Assembly (NCBI GenBank): GCA_964475685.1
Contig: CAYYXP010000258.1
Location: 1-63,203 of the forward strand
DNA length: 63,203 bases
DNA from: an uncultured Gemmatimonadaceae bacterium
Lineage (GTDB): Bacteria; Gemmatimonadota; Gemmatimonadetes; Gemmatimonadales; GWC2-71-9
Reading direction: 5' to 3'
The position numbers were made by a program, and so were the translations under genes. The notes under the pieces are model-generated. The model made no database searches, was not told the DNA's origin, and was given only the letters and a program-made list of their open reading frames with translations. Positions 49,820 through 59,322 of this stretch are shown here, piece by piece (position 1 is the stretch's first letter; each line of letters opens with the position of its first letter).

Positions 49820-50622
49820 TCGTCGCCGTGTGCCTGATGCTCCAAGCCGGGGTTCCGACGGTCGGCGATACCATCTGGGTGTCGCGCACCGTCGCGGTGC
49901 CGGAGGGACGGACGCTTCGCCCCGCCGACTGGCGTCCCGATGACCCGGTCGAGTTGCTCGGCCCGCCGCGGGTCACCGCACATGGCGATTCCTCGGAGAT
50001 CGCGTACCCGGTGGTCGTGTGGAGGGCGGGGACGCACCAGGCCGAGATTCCGGGGCCCCTTCTTCTCGGGGCCGGCGGCGGGGTGGATTCCCTCGCTCCA
50101 CAGCGCATAGCGCTGAAGGTCGCCAGCGTGCTTCCCGAGGTACCTCCCGATTCGACACTGGCGCCACAGCCGCGGGCGGAATTCGTGCCCCGGGGCGCCC
50201 GCAGCGTTCTGCCGGCGCTCCTCGCGATTCTGGCCGCGGCGTTTCTGCTCGCGCCGCTGCACTGGTGGTGGCGCTGGCGCGGTCCCCCGGTCCCGCCAAT
50301 GGTCCCGGCCTCCGCGAAAAGGGAGGTGCCGCTCGAGCGCTGGGCCGACGCCGGTGAGCCGCGCGCCGTGGCGGCCTCGGCGACGGCGGGGCTGCGCGCG
50401 GCGATCGCGCTCAGAACCCCGTCGGCGCATCGCGGCCTCGATACCGGCGCCCTGCTGGCGCAACTGGAGGCGGACCGGCCCGAGTGGCCGCTCGACGAGG
50501 TTGGCGCCGTCCTGCGTTCGCTAGACGAGGCGCGCTTCGGCACCGAGCCGGCTCCCGCCGTGCTCGATCTCGCGCGGGACGCCGAGCGGCTCGAATCCCG
50601 GCTCACCGGCGACGCCGCATGA
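49816..50622 (+). CDS. Hypothetical single-pass membrane protein occupying the DUF4381 slot of Bat operons
   Basis: ATGA overlap. Central TM VLPALLAILAAAFLLAPLHWWW followed by basic RWR. The family assignment is by position only. Confidence 0.6.
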   Translation: MIVAVCLMLQAGVPTVGDTIWVSRTVAVPEGRTLRPADWRPDDPVELLGPPRVTAHGDSSEIAYPVVVWRAGTHQAEIPGPLLLGAGGGVDSLAPQRIALKVASVLPEVPPDSTLAPQPRAEFVPRGARSVLPALLAILAAAFLLAPLHWWWRWRGPPVPPMVPASAKREVPLERWADAGEPRAVAASATAGLRAAIALRTPSAHRGLDTGALLAQLEADRPEWPLDEVGAVLRSLDEARFGTEPAPAVLDLARDAERLESRLTGDAA

Positions 50623-51593
50623 GCTTCGCCCGCCCATGGCTGTTGTTGCTGTTGCTCGGCCTGGTTCTCTGGCAGTGGCGCAGGAGGCGGGGCGACACGC
50701 CAGCGGCGCGCTACAGTGACGTGAGCATTCCCGCCGCGGTGACGATCGGCCGGTGGTGGGTGGCGCTTCCGCCGGTGCTCCGCTCCGTCGCCCTGGCGGC
50801 CCTCATCCTCGCCGCCGCGGGCCCGAGGGTGGGGGGAGATACCGTCGAGGTCAAGCAGGAGGGGATTGCGATCGTCATCACGATCGACATCTCCAGCAGC
50901 ATGCTGGCGGAAGACTTCGCACCCTCCAACAGGCTGGCGGTGGCGCAACAGCAGGCCGTGGGATTCATCCGCGGGCGGACGGCGGACCGGATCGGGCTGG
51001 TCGCGTTCGCCGGCGAGGCGCTCACCCAGGTGCCGGTGACGCTCGACTACGCCGTGGTCGAGCAGGCGGTCATGGACCTCAGAATCGGGAGCCTCGAGGA
51101 CGGCACCGCGATCGGCAGCGGCCTCGCCACCGCCGTCAACCGGCTCCGGCGCGCGCCCGACAAGTCGAAGGTCATTCTCCTTCTCACCGACGGCGAGAAC
51201 AACAAGGGCCTCATCGATCCGCGCACCGCCGCCGCCACGGCGGCCGCCTTCGGCATCAAGGTGTACACCATCGGCGTCGGCACGATCGGCGAAGCGCCGA
51301 TCCCCACCGGCCGCGGCCTCGGCGGGTTCCGCTACGAGATGCTCCCGGTGCGGATCGACGAGCCGCTGCTGCGAGACATCGCGGCGAAGACGGGGGGCCG
51401 GTACTTCCGGGCCCGCGACAGCGAGGCCCTCAGCCGCATCTTCCGCCAGATCGACCAGCTGGAAAAATCCCCGATCCAGGTCACCCGCTACACCAAGTAC
51501 GAAGAGGCGACCCGCCCCCTGCTGCTGCTCGGGCTGGGCGCCCTGGCCCTGGAGCTTCTCCTCGGGAGCACCCTCGTGGTGCGGGTGCCATGA
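50619..51593 (+). CDS. batA: VWA-domain membrane protein, BatA-like
   Basis: ATGA overlap. N-terminal TM; MIDAS DISSSM; LLTDGENN; C-terminal TM. Confidence 0.8.
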   Translation: MSFARPWLLLLLLGLVLWQWRRRRGDTPAARYSDVSIPAAVTIGRWWVALPPVLRSVALAALILAAAGPRVGGDTVEVKQEGIAIVITIDISSSMLAEDFAPSNRLAVAQQQAVGFIRGRTADRIGLVAFAGEALTQVPVTLDYAVVEQAVMDLRIGSLEDGTAIGSGLATAVNRLRRAPDKSKVILLLTDGENNKGLIDPRTAAATAAAFGIKVYTIGVGTIGEAPIPTGRGLGGFRYEMLPVRIDEPLLRDIAAKTGGRYFRARDSEALSRIFRQIDQLEKSPIQVTRYTKYEEATRPLLLLGLGALALELLLGSTLVVRVP

Positions 51594-53209
51594 GCTTCGA
51601 CTTCCCGCTGCTCCTCTTCGTGGCACCGCTCCTCGGCCTCGCCGTCGGCCTCGGCGCTTGGCTCGGCCGCGGACGGCGCATCCTGCTGGCGGGGCGCTGG
51701 TCGCCTGAGCTGGGGCGGGCGGCCCGGGCCCGCGGTGGCTGGGCTCCGATCGTGCTCGGCGCGGTGGCCGTGCTCGCGACCATCGCGCTGGCCGGCCCAC
51801 GGTACGGCCGGTCCGAGATCACGACCGAGAGCCGGGCACTGAGCCTGGTGTTGGCGATGGACATCAGCCGCTCCATGCTGGCGGAGGATGTCGCGCCGAG
51901 CCGGCTGGCGCGGGCCACGCGCGAGGCGCGGCGCCTGATCCAGGATCTGGAAGGCGACCGGCTCGGGCTGATCGCGTTCGCCGGCCGGAGCTACATCCTC
52001 GCCCCGCTCACCGTGGACGGCAGCGCCATCCGGATGTACCTGGATGCCCTCGACCCCGACCTCGCCAGCGAAGGCGGCTCGGATCTCTCGAGCGTCCTCG
52101 CCCAGGGCGGGCAGCTGCTCGGCGCGACCAACGACCCCGCCGACCGCGTGCTCGTCGTCTTCACCGACGGCGAGGCGCACGATACCCTCCCCGAGATCGT
52201 GAGGCAGGCGGAAGCGCTGAAGGAGGCGGGTGTCCGGCTCCTCATGGTGTCGGAGGGGCACCCGGGGCCGGCCCGCATCCCGGTGCGCGATTCCGCCGGC
52301 ACCCTCGTCGAATACAAGAAGGATGACTCGGGGCGGGTGATCCTGACCGAGCGGCGCGACGACATCCTTCGCGCCGTGGTGGACGCGGCGGAGGGCACGC
52401 TGGTGCCGAGCGACCTCCCCGATCAGGCGGGAGCGGTGCGCGATCTCGTCGCCGCGATGAAGCGGAGCCCGTCCTCCGAGACCCGCACAGCCGATCTCGT
52501 GCCACGCTCCTGGATCCCGGCACTGGTGGCCGCGCTGATGCTCCTGGGGTACACGCTGGCCCGGCCCGGTCCCGCGCTCGTGGGACTCGCCGGTCTGCTG
52601 CTTGCCGGCGGCCAGCTCCACGCGCAGCGTCCCGCGGCGGGGGCGCGCTCCCTCGCCGCCGGCGACCCGGCCAGGGCCGCGGCTGAATTCCTGGAGGAAG
52701 CCAGGGGAGCGACGGCCCGGGACACGGCGTTCTACAACGCCGGCACCGCGGCACTCGACGCCGGCCGCCTCGACGTCGCACGCGGGGCCCTTGCCGAGGC
52801 GTCCAAGTCGCTCGATCCCGCGCTTCGCTATCGCGCCCTGTACAATCTTGGCCTGGCGGGTCTGGTCGCCGCGAGGGCCGATAGCACCCATCGCGACGAG
52901 CTGCTCGACGATGCCGCCGACCGGCTGCGGCAGGCGCTCATGCTCCAGCCGTCCTCCGAGCGCGCCAAGTGGAACCTCGAGCTCACCGACCGGCGCCCGC
53001 CGCCGCCGCAAAGTGGAGGCGGCGGCACGCCCCCGCCGAGCGGGGCTCCGCCAAAGCCGCAGCCGAGTGAGCCGCCTCCGAGCCCGGGCCTCTCGACGAG
53101 CCAGGCAGAGCAGATCCTCAATTCGATGGAGCGGCGCGAGCGGCAGACGCGTGAGGAGCAGCAGCGCCGGCTCCGGAACGCGCCCTCGGCGGGAGTGAAA
53201 GACTGGTGA
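51590..53209 (+). CDS. VWA-domain protein fused to a TPR region (BatB-BatC-like fusion)
   Basis: ATGA overlap. MIDAS DISRSM; VFTDGEAH; TM; TPR-like AFYNAGTAALDAG...YNLGLAGL; Pro-rich linker; QAEQILNSMERRERQ tail. Confidence 0.8.
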   Translation: MSFDFPLLLFVAPLLGLAVGLGAWLGRGRRILLAGRWSPELGRAARARGGWAPIVLGAVAVLATIALAGPRYGRSEITTESRALSLVLAMDISRSMLAEDVAPSRLARATREARRLIQDLEGDRLGLIAFAGRSYILAPLTVDGSAIRMYLDALDPDLASEGGSDLSSVLAQGGQLLGATNDPADRVLVVFTDGEAHDTLPEIVRQAEALKEAGVRLLMVSEGHPGPARIPVRDSAGTLVEYKKDDSGRVILTERRDDILRAVVDAAEGTLVPSDLPDQAGAVRDLVAAMKRSPSSETRTADLVPRSWIPALVAALMLLGYTLARPGPALVGLAGLLLAGGQLHAQRPAAGARSLAAGDPARAAAEFLEEARGATARDTAFYNAGTAALDAGRLDVARGALAEASKSLDPALRYRALYNLGLAGLVAARADSTHRDELLDDAADRLRQALMLQPSSERAKWNLELTDRRPPPPQSGGGGTPPPSGAPPKPQPSEPPPSPGLSTSQAEQILNSMERRERQTREEQQRRLRNAPSAGVKDW

Positions 53210-55560
53210 TGGGACTCCTCCCGGCACTGGTGATGCTCGCCCGCGCAGTGCTTGGCATGCAGCAGGGCCAGGGGCCGAGGCTCGACGCGACGGTGGACAT
53301 GGACCGCGTATCGGTGGGCGAGGAGCTCACCTATACCCTCCGCGCCGCGAGCCGCTCTCCCGCGCCGATGCAGGTGACGGTGGCGCCCCTCACCGGCCTC
53401 GAGCTCATCGGCCGCAGCGAGAGCACCGAGCTGGCTCTCGGCGATGCGACAACCCGCACCACGATTCTCGAGATCCGCCTGCGAGCGGTGCGGCCGGGCC
53501 GGTGGCAGGTGGGGCCGGCGTTCGCGGTGCAGGGGAGCGACACCGTCGAGGCGCCGGCTATCGTGGTGGACGTCGCCGCCAATCGTGCCGCCATCGCGCC
53601 GGTTCTCACGCCACGACTCGGCAGGCTGCTCGACCGCGCCGTGCCGCCGGCGGCCGGACTGGCCGGCATCGACCTGCTCGTTTCCAGCGACACCGCGCGC
53701 GTCGGCGAGCAGGTGGACGTGGTGACGCTCGCGTGGTTCCCCCGCGATCTCCGTCTCCAGCTTCGCCGCCCACCCACGCTCCAGCCTCCCGTTGTCGACG
53801 GGGTCTGGAGCTATCCCCAGGCGACGCCGGCCGGCATCGTGGCCACGCGAAACGTGGGTGGGCGCTGGTACGACCTGTTCGCGTCGCACCAGATCATCTT
53901 TCCCCTCATCGCGGGCGCCACGAGAATCCCGCGCGCGACACTCAAGTACAGCATGCCCGTCGCCCTCCAGTTCTTCAGCCAGGAGGAGCGCTATGCGTTG
54001 TCGAGCCGGTCCGACACCCTGATCGTGACGCCGCTCCCCTCCGCCGGCCGACCCCCGGCGTTCGCCGGCGCAATTGGATCCGGGCTGCGCTTCGACCGCA
54101 GGATCACGCCCCCCTCCGCGCGGGTCGGCGAGGGGCTCGCCGTGGAGCTCTCGGTGACCGGGGAAGGCAATCTCGCGCTCTGGCCGGCGCCCGAGGTGAC
54201 CTGGCCGGCAGCCGGCCGGGCCTACCTGGAGCGGGTCGACGAACAGCTTGGCGCACCCTCCGGGCGGGTCGGAGGCAGCAAGACCTTCCGTCATCTGCTG
54301 GTGCCCGACTCCGCCGGCGTACTGGCCCTGCCGGCCGTCCGCTACGACTACTTCGACCTCGCCGCGGGCCGGTACGTCGAGCTCGGTGTGCCCGCCACCT
54401 CGATCGCGGTCATGAGCGGGAGTGAATCGGCAGCCACCGCGGCGCTTCCGCCCGGACTGCTCGGCGGGAAGAGTCCGTCTCTGGCCTGGCGACTGGGCCA
54501 CGGGATTCCGGACTGGATCTGGATCACGTTCCTCGTCGTGCCGGTGCTCTTCGTTCTGGCGCGAGCGCATCCTCTGCCGCGCCTCCGGGGCCGCGCCGCT
54601 CCAGCTCCCACCGGCGACATGCGCGGCGCCGAAGCGGAACTGGACGAGATCCTCGCGATGCTTGTCCCCGAGGGGGAACGGCGGACGAGCGGCGTGCTCA
54701 CCGCCGCGATGCGGGCCGCCGGCGCCGACCCCGAATTGGCCGCGCGGGTGACCATCGTGCGCGAGCAGCTGCTCGCGCGCCGGTACGGGCCCGCCGCCGG
54801 CGGAGAGGATGCCCGGCTCGCCGCCGAGGCGCAGGACATTGTCGGGCGGCTGGGTGGAGCGGTGAAGGCGTGGAGGGCAGGAGGCGCGGCACTCGTGGCG
54901 GTGGCGTTCCTCGTTGCGGCGCCGGCACTGCGGGCCCAGACGCCCGCGCCGGAGCGACTCTACGACTCGGGCTCGCTCCGTGCGGCGGCCGACGGATTCC
55001 GGCGGAGAGTGGAGACGGATCCGGCGGTCCCGGCGCACTGGTACAATCTCGGTGCGGCATACTACCGTCTGGGCCTCGAGGGCCAGGCCGCGGCGGCGTG
55101 GATCGAGGCGCGCCGCCTCGCCCCTCGGGAATCCGCCGTCCGGCGTGCCCTCGAGCTGACCCCGCCGGCCAATCTTACCTCTGCCCGCTGGACCTGGTCG
55201 CCGCCGGTCACTCCGGAAGAGCTTCTCCTGCTCGGCACCGCGCTCTGGGCCATCGGGTGGCTGGGTTGGGCGATCCGTCCGCGGGCCCGCGACCGGTGGA
55301 CCATTCTCCTCGTCTTCGCCGGGTGCGCCGTCCTCGGCGGTTTGGCGCTGCGCATCTGGTACCGGCGGCCGGTGGCAATCGTCGTGGAGCCCGCGACCCT
55401 CCGCCTCTCACCCCACGGGCTCGCCCCGGCGATCGCGCCGGTGGAAGGCGGCAGCGCGGTGCTGCTGCTCCGGCGGGGCCCGGGGTGGGTGCTGGTGAAG
55501 GCGGTCGGATCGCGGCAGGGGTGGGTACCGGACGACGCCGTGGCGGCGGTCGGCGGCTAG
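53206..55560 (+). CDS. BatD-like (oxygen-tolerance family) protein fused to TPR and SH3-like C-terminal parts (BatD-BatE-like fusion)
   Basis: GTGA overlap. N-terminal beta-rich repeated modules, a mid-protein TM block, TPR-like HWYNLGAAYYRLG, further TM segments, and C-terminal GWVLVKAVGSRQGWVPDDAV (SH3b-like). Confidence 0.7.
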   Translation: MMGLLPALVMLARAVLGMQQGQGPRLDATVDMDRVSVGEELTYTLRAASRSPAPMQVTVAPLTGLELIGRSESTELALGDATTRTTILEIRLRAVRPGRWQVGPAFAVQGSDTVEAPAIVVDVAANRAAIAPVLTPRLGRLLDRAVPPAAGLAGIDLLVSSDTARVGEQVDVVTLAWFPRDLRLQLRRPPTLQPPVVDGVWSYPQATPAGIVATRNVGGRWYDLFASHQIIFPLIAGATRIPRATLKYSMPVALQFFSQEERYALSSRSDTLIVTPLPSAGRPPAFAGAIGSGLRFDRRITPPSARVGEGLAVELSVTGEGNLALWPAPEVTWPAAGRAYLERVDEQLGAPSGRVGGSKTFRHLLVPDSAGVLALPAVRYDYFDLAAGRYVELGVPATSIAVMSGSESAATAALPPGLLGGKSPSLAWRLGHGIPDWIWITFLVVPVLFVLARAHPLPRLRGRAAPAPTGDMRGAEAELDEILAMLVPEGERRTSGVLTAAMRAAGADPELAARVTIVREQLLARRYGPAAGGEDARLAAEAQDIVGRLGGAVKAWRAGGAALVAVAFLVAAPALRAQTPAPERLYDSGSLRAAADGFRRRVETDPAVPAHWYNLGAAYYRLGLEGQAAAAWIEARRLAPRESAVRRALELTPPANLTSARWTWSPPVTPEELLLLGTALWAIGWLGWAIRPRARDRWTILLVFAGCAVLGGLALRIWYRRPVAIVVEPATLRLSPHGLAPAIAPVEGGSAVLLLRRGPGWVLVKAVGSRQGWVPDDAVAAVGG

Positions 55561-55569
55561 ATTCTCGCC

Positions 55570-57279
55570 ATGTTCCGGCGCATTGCCATCCTGCCCGACG
55601 CGGTCGCCGACCAGATCGCCGCAGGCGAGGTTGTCGAGCGGCCCTCTTCGGCCGTCAAGGAGCTCGTCGAGAACGCTCTCGATGCCGGGGCGCGGCACGT
55701 CCGGGTCGAGCTGGAGAACGGCGGAAAGACCCTGATCCAGGTGAGCGACGACGGCAGCGGGATGGGGCGGGAGGACGCCGTCCTCGCGCTCGATCGTCAT
55801 GCCACGAGCAAGGTGCGCACCGTCGCCGACCTGATCGGTGTCGCCACGTTCGGATTCCGCGGCGAGGCACTCCCCGCCATCGCGTCGGTCTCTCGATTCA
55901 CGCTCGCCACCGCGGAACTGGATGGCGGCGGCACCGAGCTCGTCGTGAACGGCGGACGCCTCGACCGCGTCGGTGACGCGGTGCGCCAGCGCGGCACCAG
56001 CGTCACGGTTCGCGGCCTCTTCTTCAACACTCCTGCCCGCCGCAAGTTTCTCCGTTCCGCGGCGAGTGAGACCCGCGCCTCCCATGACGCGGTGGCGACC
56101 CTGGCCCTCGCGCACCCCGAGGCGGGTTTCGAGCTGCACGTGGATGGCACCTGCCGGCTGGCTGTGCCCGCGGGACAGGCCCCCGAAGAGCGCCTCGCGG
56201 CGGTGTGGGGCCGGGAGATCGCGGGCACGCTGGTACCGGTGTCGTACGCTGCCGGCGCCTTCACCGTGTCCGGCTACGTCCAGCGCCCCGGCGATGCCCA
56301 GCCGACCGGGCGGCGCACCCAGCTCTTCGTGAACGGCCGCCCCTTCAAGGACTCGTTCCTGTTGCGCGCCGCCGAAGCGGGGTACCGCTCGGCCATCCAT
56401 CCCGGCGACCGGCCGTCGCTCTATCTTCGCATCGGCGTCGCGCCGGGAGAGGTGGACGTCAACGTCCATCCCGCCAAGCTCGAGGTGCGGTTCCGCGACC
56501 GCATCGGCGTCGAGCGGGTCGTGGAGGAGGCAGTCAGGCATGCACTCGGATCGCTGGTCGCGGCCGCGCCGGTGGGGACGTGGCGGCCGCTACCCGAAGG
56601 CGCTCCGGTCGCCGTGGGGGCGGGGCTGTCCGCCGAGGTGCTCGAGGGTCTCTTCGGTGCGCCGGCCGAAGCGGCGCAGGAGCGACCCGAGCTTGACGCG
56701 GGAAACGGATTCGACGCGCCGCTGCTCCAGGTGTTCGATGCCTACATCGTGTACCAGGCCCAGGAGGGGCTGGTGTTCGTGGATCAGCACTCGGCGCACG
56801 AACGGGTGATCTACCAACGTGTGATGGACCAGCTCACCGGGGGCGGCGCGCCGGCCCAACGGCTCCTCCTGCCGCTCACTCTGGAGCTTACCGATGAGGA
56901 GCTCGAGGCGGTCGAGAGACACGCCGAACAGCTCGCCCGCGTGGGGTTCGAAGTCGACGCCTTCGGCGGCCGCTCCGTGGTCCTCCACGCCGTGCCGGCC
57001 CCGCATCCCCGGTTCGATGCCGGCTCCTGCTTCAGGGAGGTCGTCGCCGACCTCGCGCGCGGCCGGTTCGGTGGCTGGGCCAACGGGCTCGAACGTTTTG
57101 CCGCCACCTACGCCTGCCGTGCGGCGGTAAAGGCCGGCCAGCGGCTCGAGCCCGACGAGATGCGGGCGCTGTTGCTCCGCCTCTTCGCCACCGACCTGCC
57201 GCCCCACGATGTCCACGGCCGCTCGACGATCGTGCAGTTGCCGCTGGACGAGTTGGAGCGGCGCTTTGGCCGCCGGTAG
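55570..57279 (+). CDS. mutL: DNA mismatch repair protein MutL
   Basis: IAAGEVVERPSSAVKELVENALDAGA, DDGSGM, FGFRGEAL, C-terminal DQHSAHERVIYQ. Confidence 0.92.
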   Translation: MFRRIAILPDAVADQIAAGEVVERPSSAVKELVENALDAGARHVRVELENGGKTLIQVSDDGSGMGREDAVLALDRHATSKVRTVADLIGVATFGFRGEALPAIASVSRFTLATAELDGGGTELVVNGGRLDRVGDAVRQRGTSVTVRGLFFNTPARRKFLRSAASETRASHDAVATLALAHPEAGFELHVDGTCRLAVPAGQAPEERLAAVWGREIAGTLVPVSYAAGAFTVSGYVQRPGDAQPTGRRTQLFVNGRPFKDSFLLRAAEAGYRSAIHPGDRPSLYLRIGVAPGEVDVNVHPAKLEVRFRDRIGVERVVEEAVRHALGSLVAAAPVGTWRPLPEGAPVAVGAGLSAEVLEGLFGAPAEAAQERPELDAGNGFDAPLLQVFDAYIVYQAQEGLVFVDQHSAHERVIYQRVMDQLTGGGAPAQRLLLPLTLELTDEELEAVERHAEQLARVGFEVDAFGGRSVVLHAVPAPHPRFDAGSCFREVVADLARGRFGGWANGLERFAATYACRAAVKAGQRLEPDEMRALLLRLFATDLPPHDVHGRSTIVQLPLDELERRFGRR

Positions 57280-57280
57280 G

Positions 57281-58189
57281 GTGCCGGTGCTGGTCGGGCC
57301 CACCGCCGTCGGGAAGACGGCGGTGGCGCTGGCGCTCGCGGCCCATTGGCCGCTCGAGGTCATCTCGGCGGATTCGCGCCAGGTCTACCGCCGGCTCGAC
57401 ATCGGCACCGCCAAGCCGACGAAGAAGGAACGGGCCAGGGTGGTCCATCATGGTCTCGACCTGATCAATCCCGGCACGCGCTACAGCGCGGGACACTTCG
57501 CGCGGGACGCGACCGGGTGGATTGCCGCGGTGCGGATGGCGGGGCGCATGCCGGTGGTGGTCGGCGGTACCGGGCTGTACGTGCGCGCTCTTGCCGAAGG
57601 CCTCTTCCGCGAGCCGCCGCTGGACGCCGCCCGCCGCCGCCGCCTCGATGCGTGGGCGGAGCGGTTGGGGCCGTTGGAACTGGTGCGCTGGGCAGGCCGT
57701 CTGGATGCCGATTTCCCCGGCGGCGGCCGCCAACGGGCGGTGCGGGCGATCGAGGTGGCGCTGCTCAGCGGCGCGCCCCTCTCCCACTGGCAGCGCGCGG
57801 CGCGGGAGGGTGGCACGATCGACCCGTGGTACATTGTGCTCACGGCGCCGCGCGCGGTGCTCCACGCAAGGATCGCGCGGAGGGCGGAGGAGATGGTCCG
57901 CCGCGGTTTGATCGAGGAGGTGGCCTCGGTGCTCGCCGACGGATACCAGGCTGGGGCCGCCGGCCTCGACGGCATCGGGATCCGCGAGGCGGTGGACTTT
58001 CTCCACGGCCGGCGGAGCCGGGACTCCGTGGCCGAGGCCATCGCCGTCAGCACGCGGCAGTACGCCAAGCGGCAGGAGACGTGGTTTCGCCATCAGATCG
58101 AGGGGGCGGAGCTCGCTCTCGACGCCACCCGTTCACCGGAGCGGCTCGCGACGGAAATCGCCGAGGCATGGGAGAGGACCCGAGAATGA
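57281..58189 (+). CDS. miaA: tRNA dimethylallyltransferase
   Basis: GTG 57281 lies 2 nt after the mutL stop. GPTAVGKT, ISADSRQVYRRLDIGTAKP, VVGGTGLY. Confidence 0.9.
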   Translation: MPVLVGPTAVGKTAVALALAAHWPLEVISADSRQVYRRLDIGTAKPTKKERARVVHHGLDLINPGTRYSAGHFARDATGWIAAVRMAGRMPVVVGGTGLYVRALAEGLFREPPLDAARRRRLDAWAERLGPLELVRWAGRLDADFPGGGRQRAVRAIEVALLSGAPLSHWQRAAREGGTIDPWYIVLTAPRAVLHARIARRAEEMVRRGLIEEVASVLADGYQAGAAGLDGIGIREAVDFLHGRRSRDSVAEAIAVSTRQYAKRQETWFRHQIEGAELALDATRSPERLATEIAEAWERTRE

Positions 58190-59310
58190 AAATCGGCATC
58201 ACCTGCTATCCCACCTATGGCGGGTCCGGGGCCGTGGCCACCGAGCTGGGGCTCGAGCTGGCCCGTCGCGGGCACGAGGTCCACTTCATCACGTACGACT
58301 CGCCGTTCCGTCTGCACGGCTATACCGAGCGCATCTTCTTCCATCAGGTCGAGACCCGGATGGGGCGGTACCCGCTCTTCGATCACTTCCCCTACACCCT
58401 CGCGCTGGCATCCAAGCAGCACGAAGTGGTCCTTCGCGAGGGGATCGACATCCTTCACGTCCACTACGCCATCCCGCATGCCACCACCGCGTATCTCGCG
58501 CGCGAGATGCTGAAGGGACAGCGCCCGCTTCGCGTCATCACCACCCTTCACGGCACGGACATCACGCTCGTCGGCCAGGAGTCGAGCTTCTACGCCATCA
58601 CCCAGTTCTCGATCGAGAAATCCGACGAGATCACCGCCGTCTCCGCCTACCTGCGTGACGAAACCTACCGGGCTTTCGGCTGCGTGAGCTGCGACATCCG
58701 GGTGATTCCCAACTTCGTCAACCTCCGGGAGTACCGGCCGGCGGAAACCCGGTGCCCCGGCTCGCTGGCGCCCGAGGGTCACAAGGTGATCACCCACGTC
58801 TCGAACTTCCGGGAGGTCAAGCGGGTCAAGGACGTCGTGAGGGTCTTCGCCCGGATCCGCCGCGCCATGCCTGCCACGCTCATCATGATCGGGGACGGTC
58901 CCGACCGGGTGGACGCGGAGAACGAGTCGCGCGACCTGGGAGTGGAAAAGGACGTGCGGTTTCTTGGCCGGCTGGATTCGGTCGCGACCCTTCTCCAGGG
59001 CAGCGACCTCTTCGTGCTCCCGTCCCAGACCGAGTCGTTCGGCCTTGCGGCGCTGGAGGCGATGGCGTGCGGCGCTCCGGTCGTGGCCAGCCGGGCCGGA
59101 GGGTTGCCCGAGGTGATTGACGATGGTGTCAACGGGCTGCTCGAGCCGGTGGGATCGGTCGAGGCGATGGGGCGCCGCGCCGTCGAGCTGCTTCGCGACC
59201 CCGGGCGCCACAACGCGATGAGCCTGGCGGCGGTGGAGAAGGCGCAGCAGTTCTCCGCCGAACGGGTGGTCCCGATGTACGAGGCTCTCTACCGCGAGGC
59301 GGTGGAGTGA
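58186..59310 (+). CDS. bshA: N-acetyl-alpha-D-glucosaminyl L-malate synthase (BshA-type GT4 glycosyltransferase)
   Basis: ATGA overlap. The N-terminus MKIGITCYPTYGGSGAVATELGLELARRGHEVHFIT closely follows the BshA pattern, with HVHYAIPHA and ESFGLAALEAMACGAPVVAS. Confidence 0.75.
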   Translation: MKIGITCYPTYGGSGAVATELGLELARRGHEVHFITYDSPFRLHGYTERIFFHQVETRMGRYPLFDHFPYTLALASKQHEVVLREGIDILHVHYAIPHATTAYLAREMLKGQRPLRVITTLHGTDITLVGQESSFYAITQFSIEKSDEITAVSAYLRDETYRAFGCVSCDIRVIPNFVNLREYRPAETRCPGSLAPEGHKVITHVSNFREVKRVKDVVRVFARIRRAMPATLIMIGDGPDRVDAENESRDLGVEKDVRFLGRLDSVATLLQGSDLFVLPSQTESFGLAALEAMACGAPVVASRAGGLPEVIDDGVNGLLEPVGSVEAMGRRAVELLRDPGRHNAMSLAAVEKAQQFSAERVVPMYEALYREAVE

Positions 59311-59322
59311 GCGCGGGGCATC

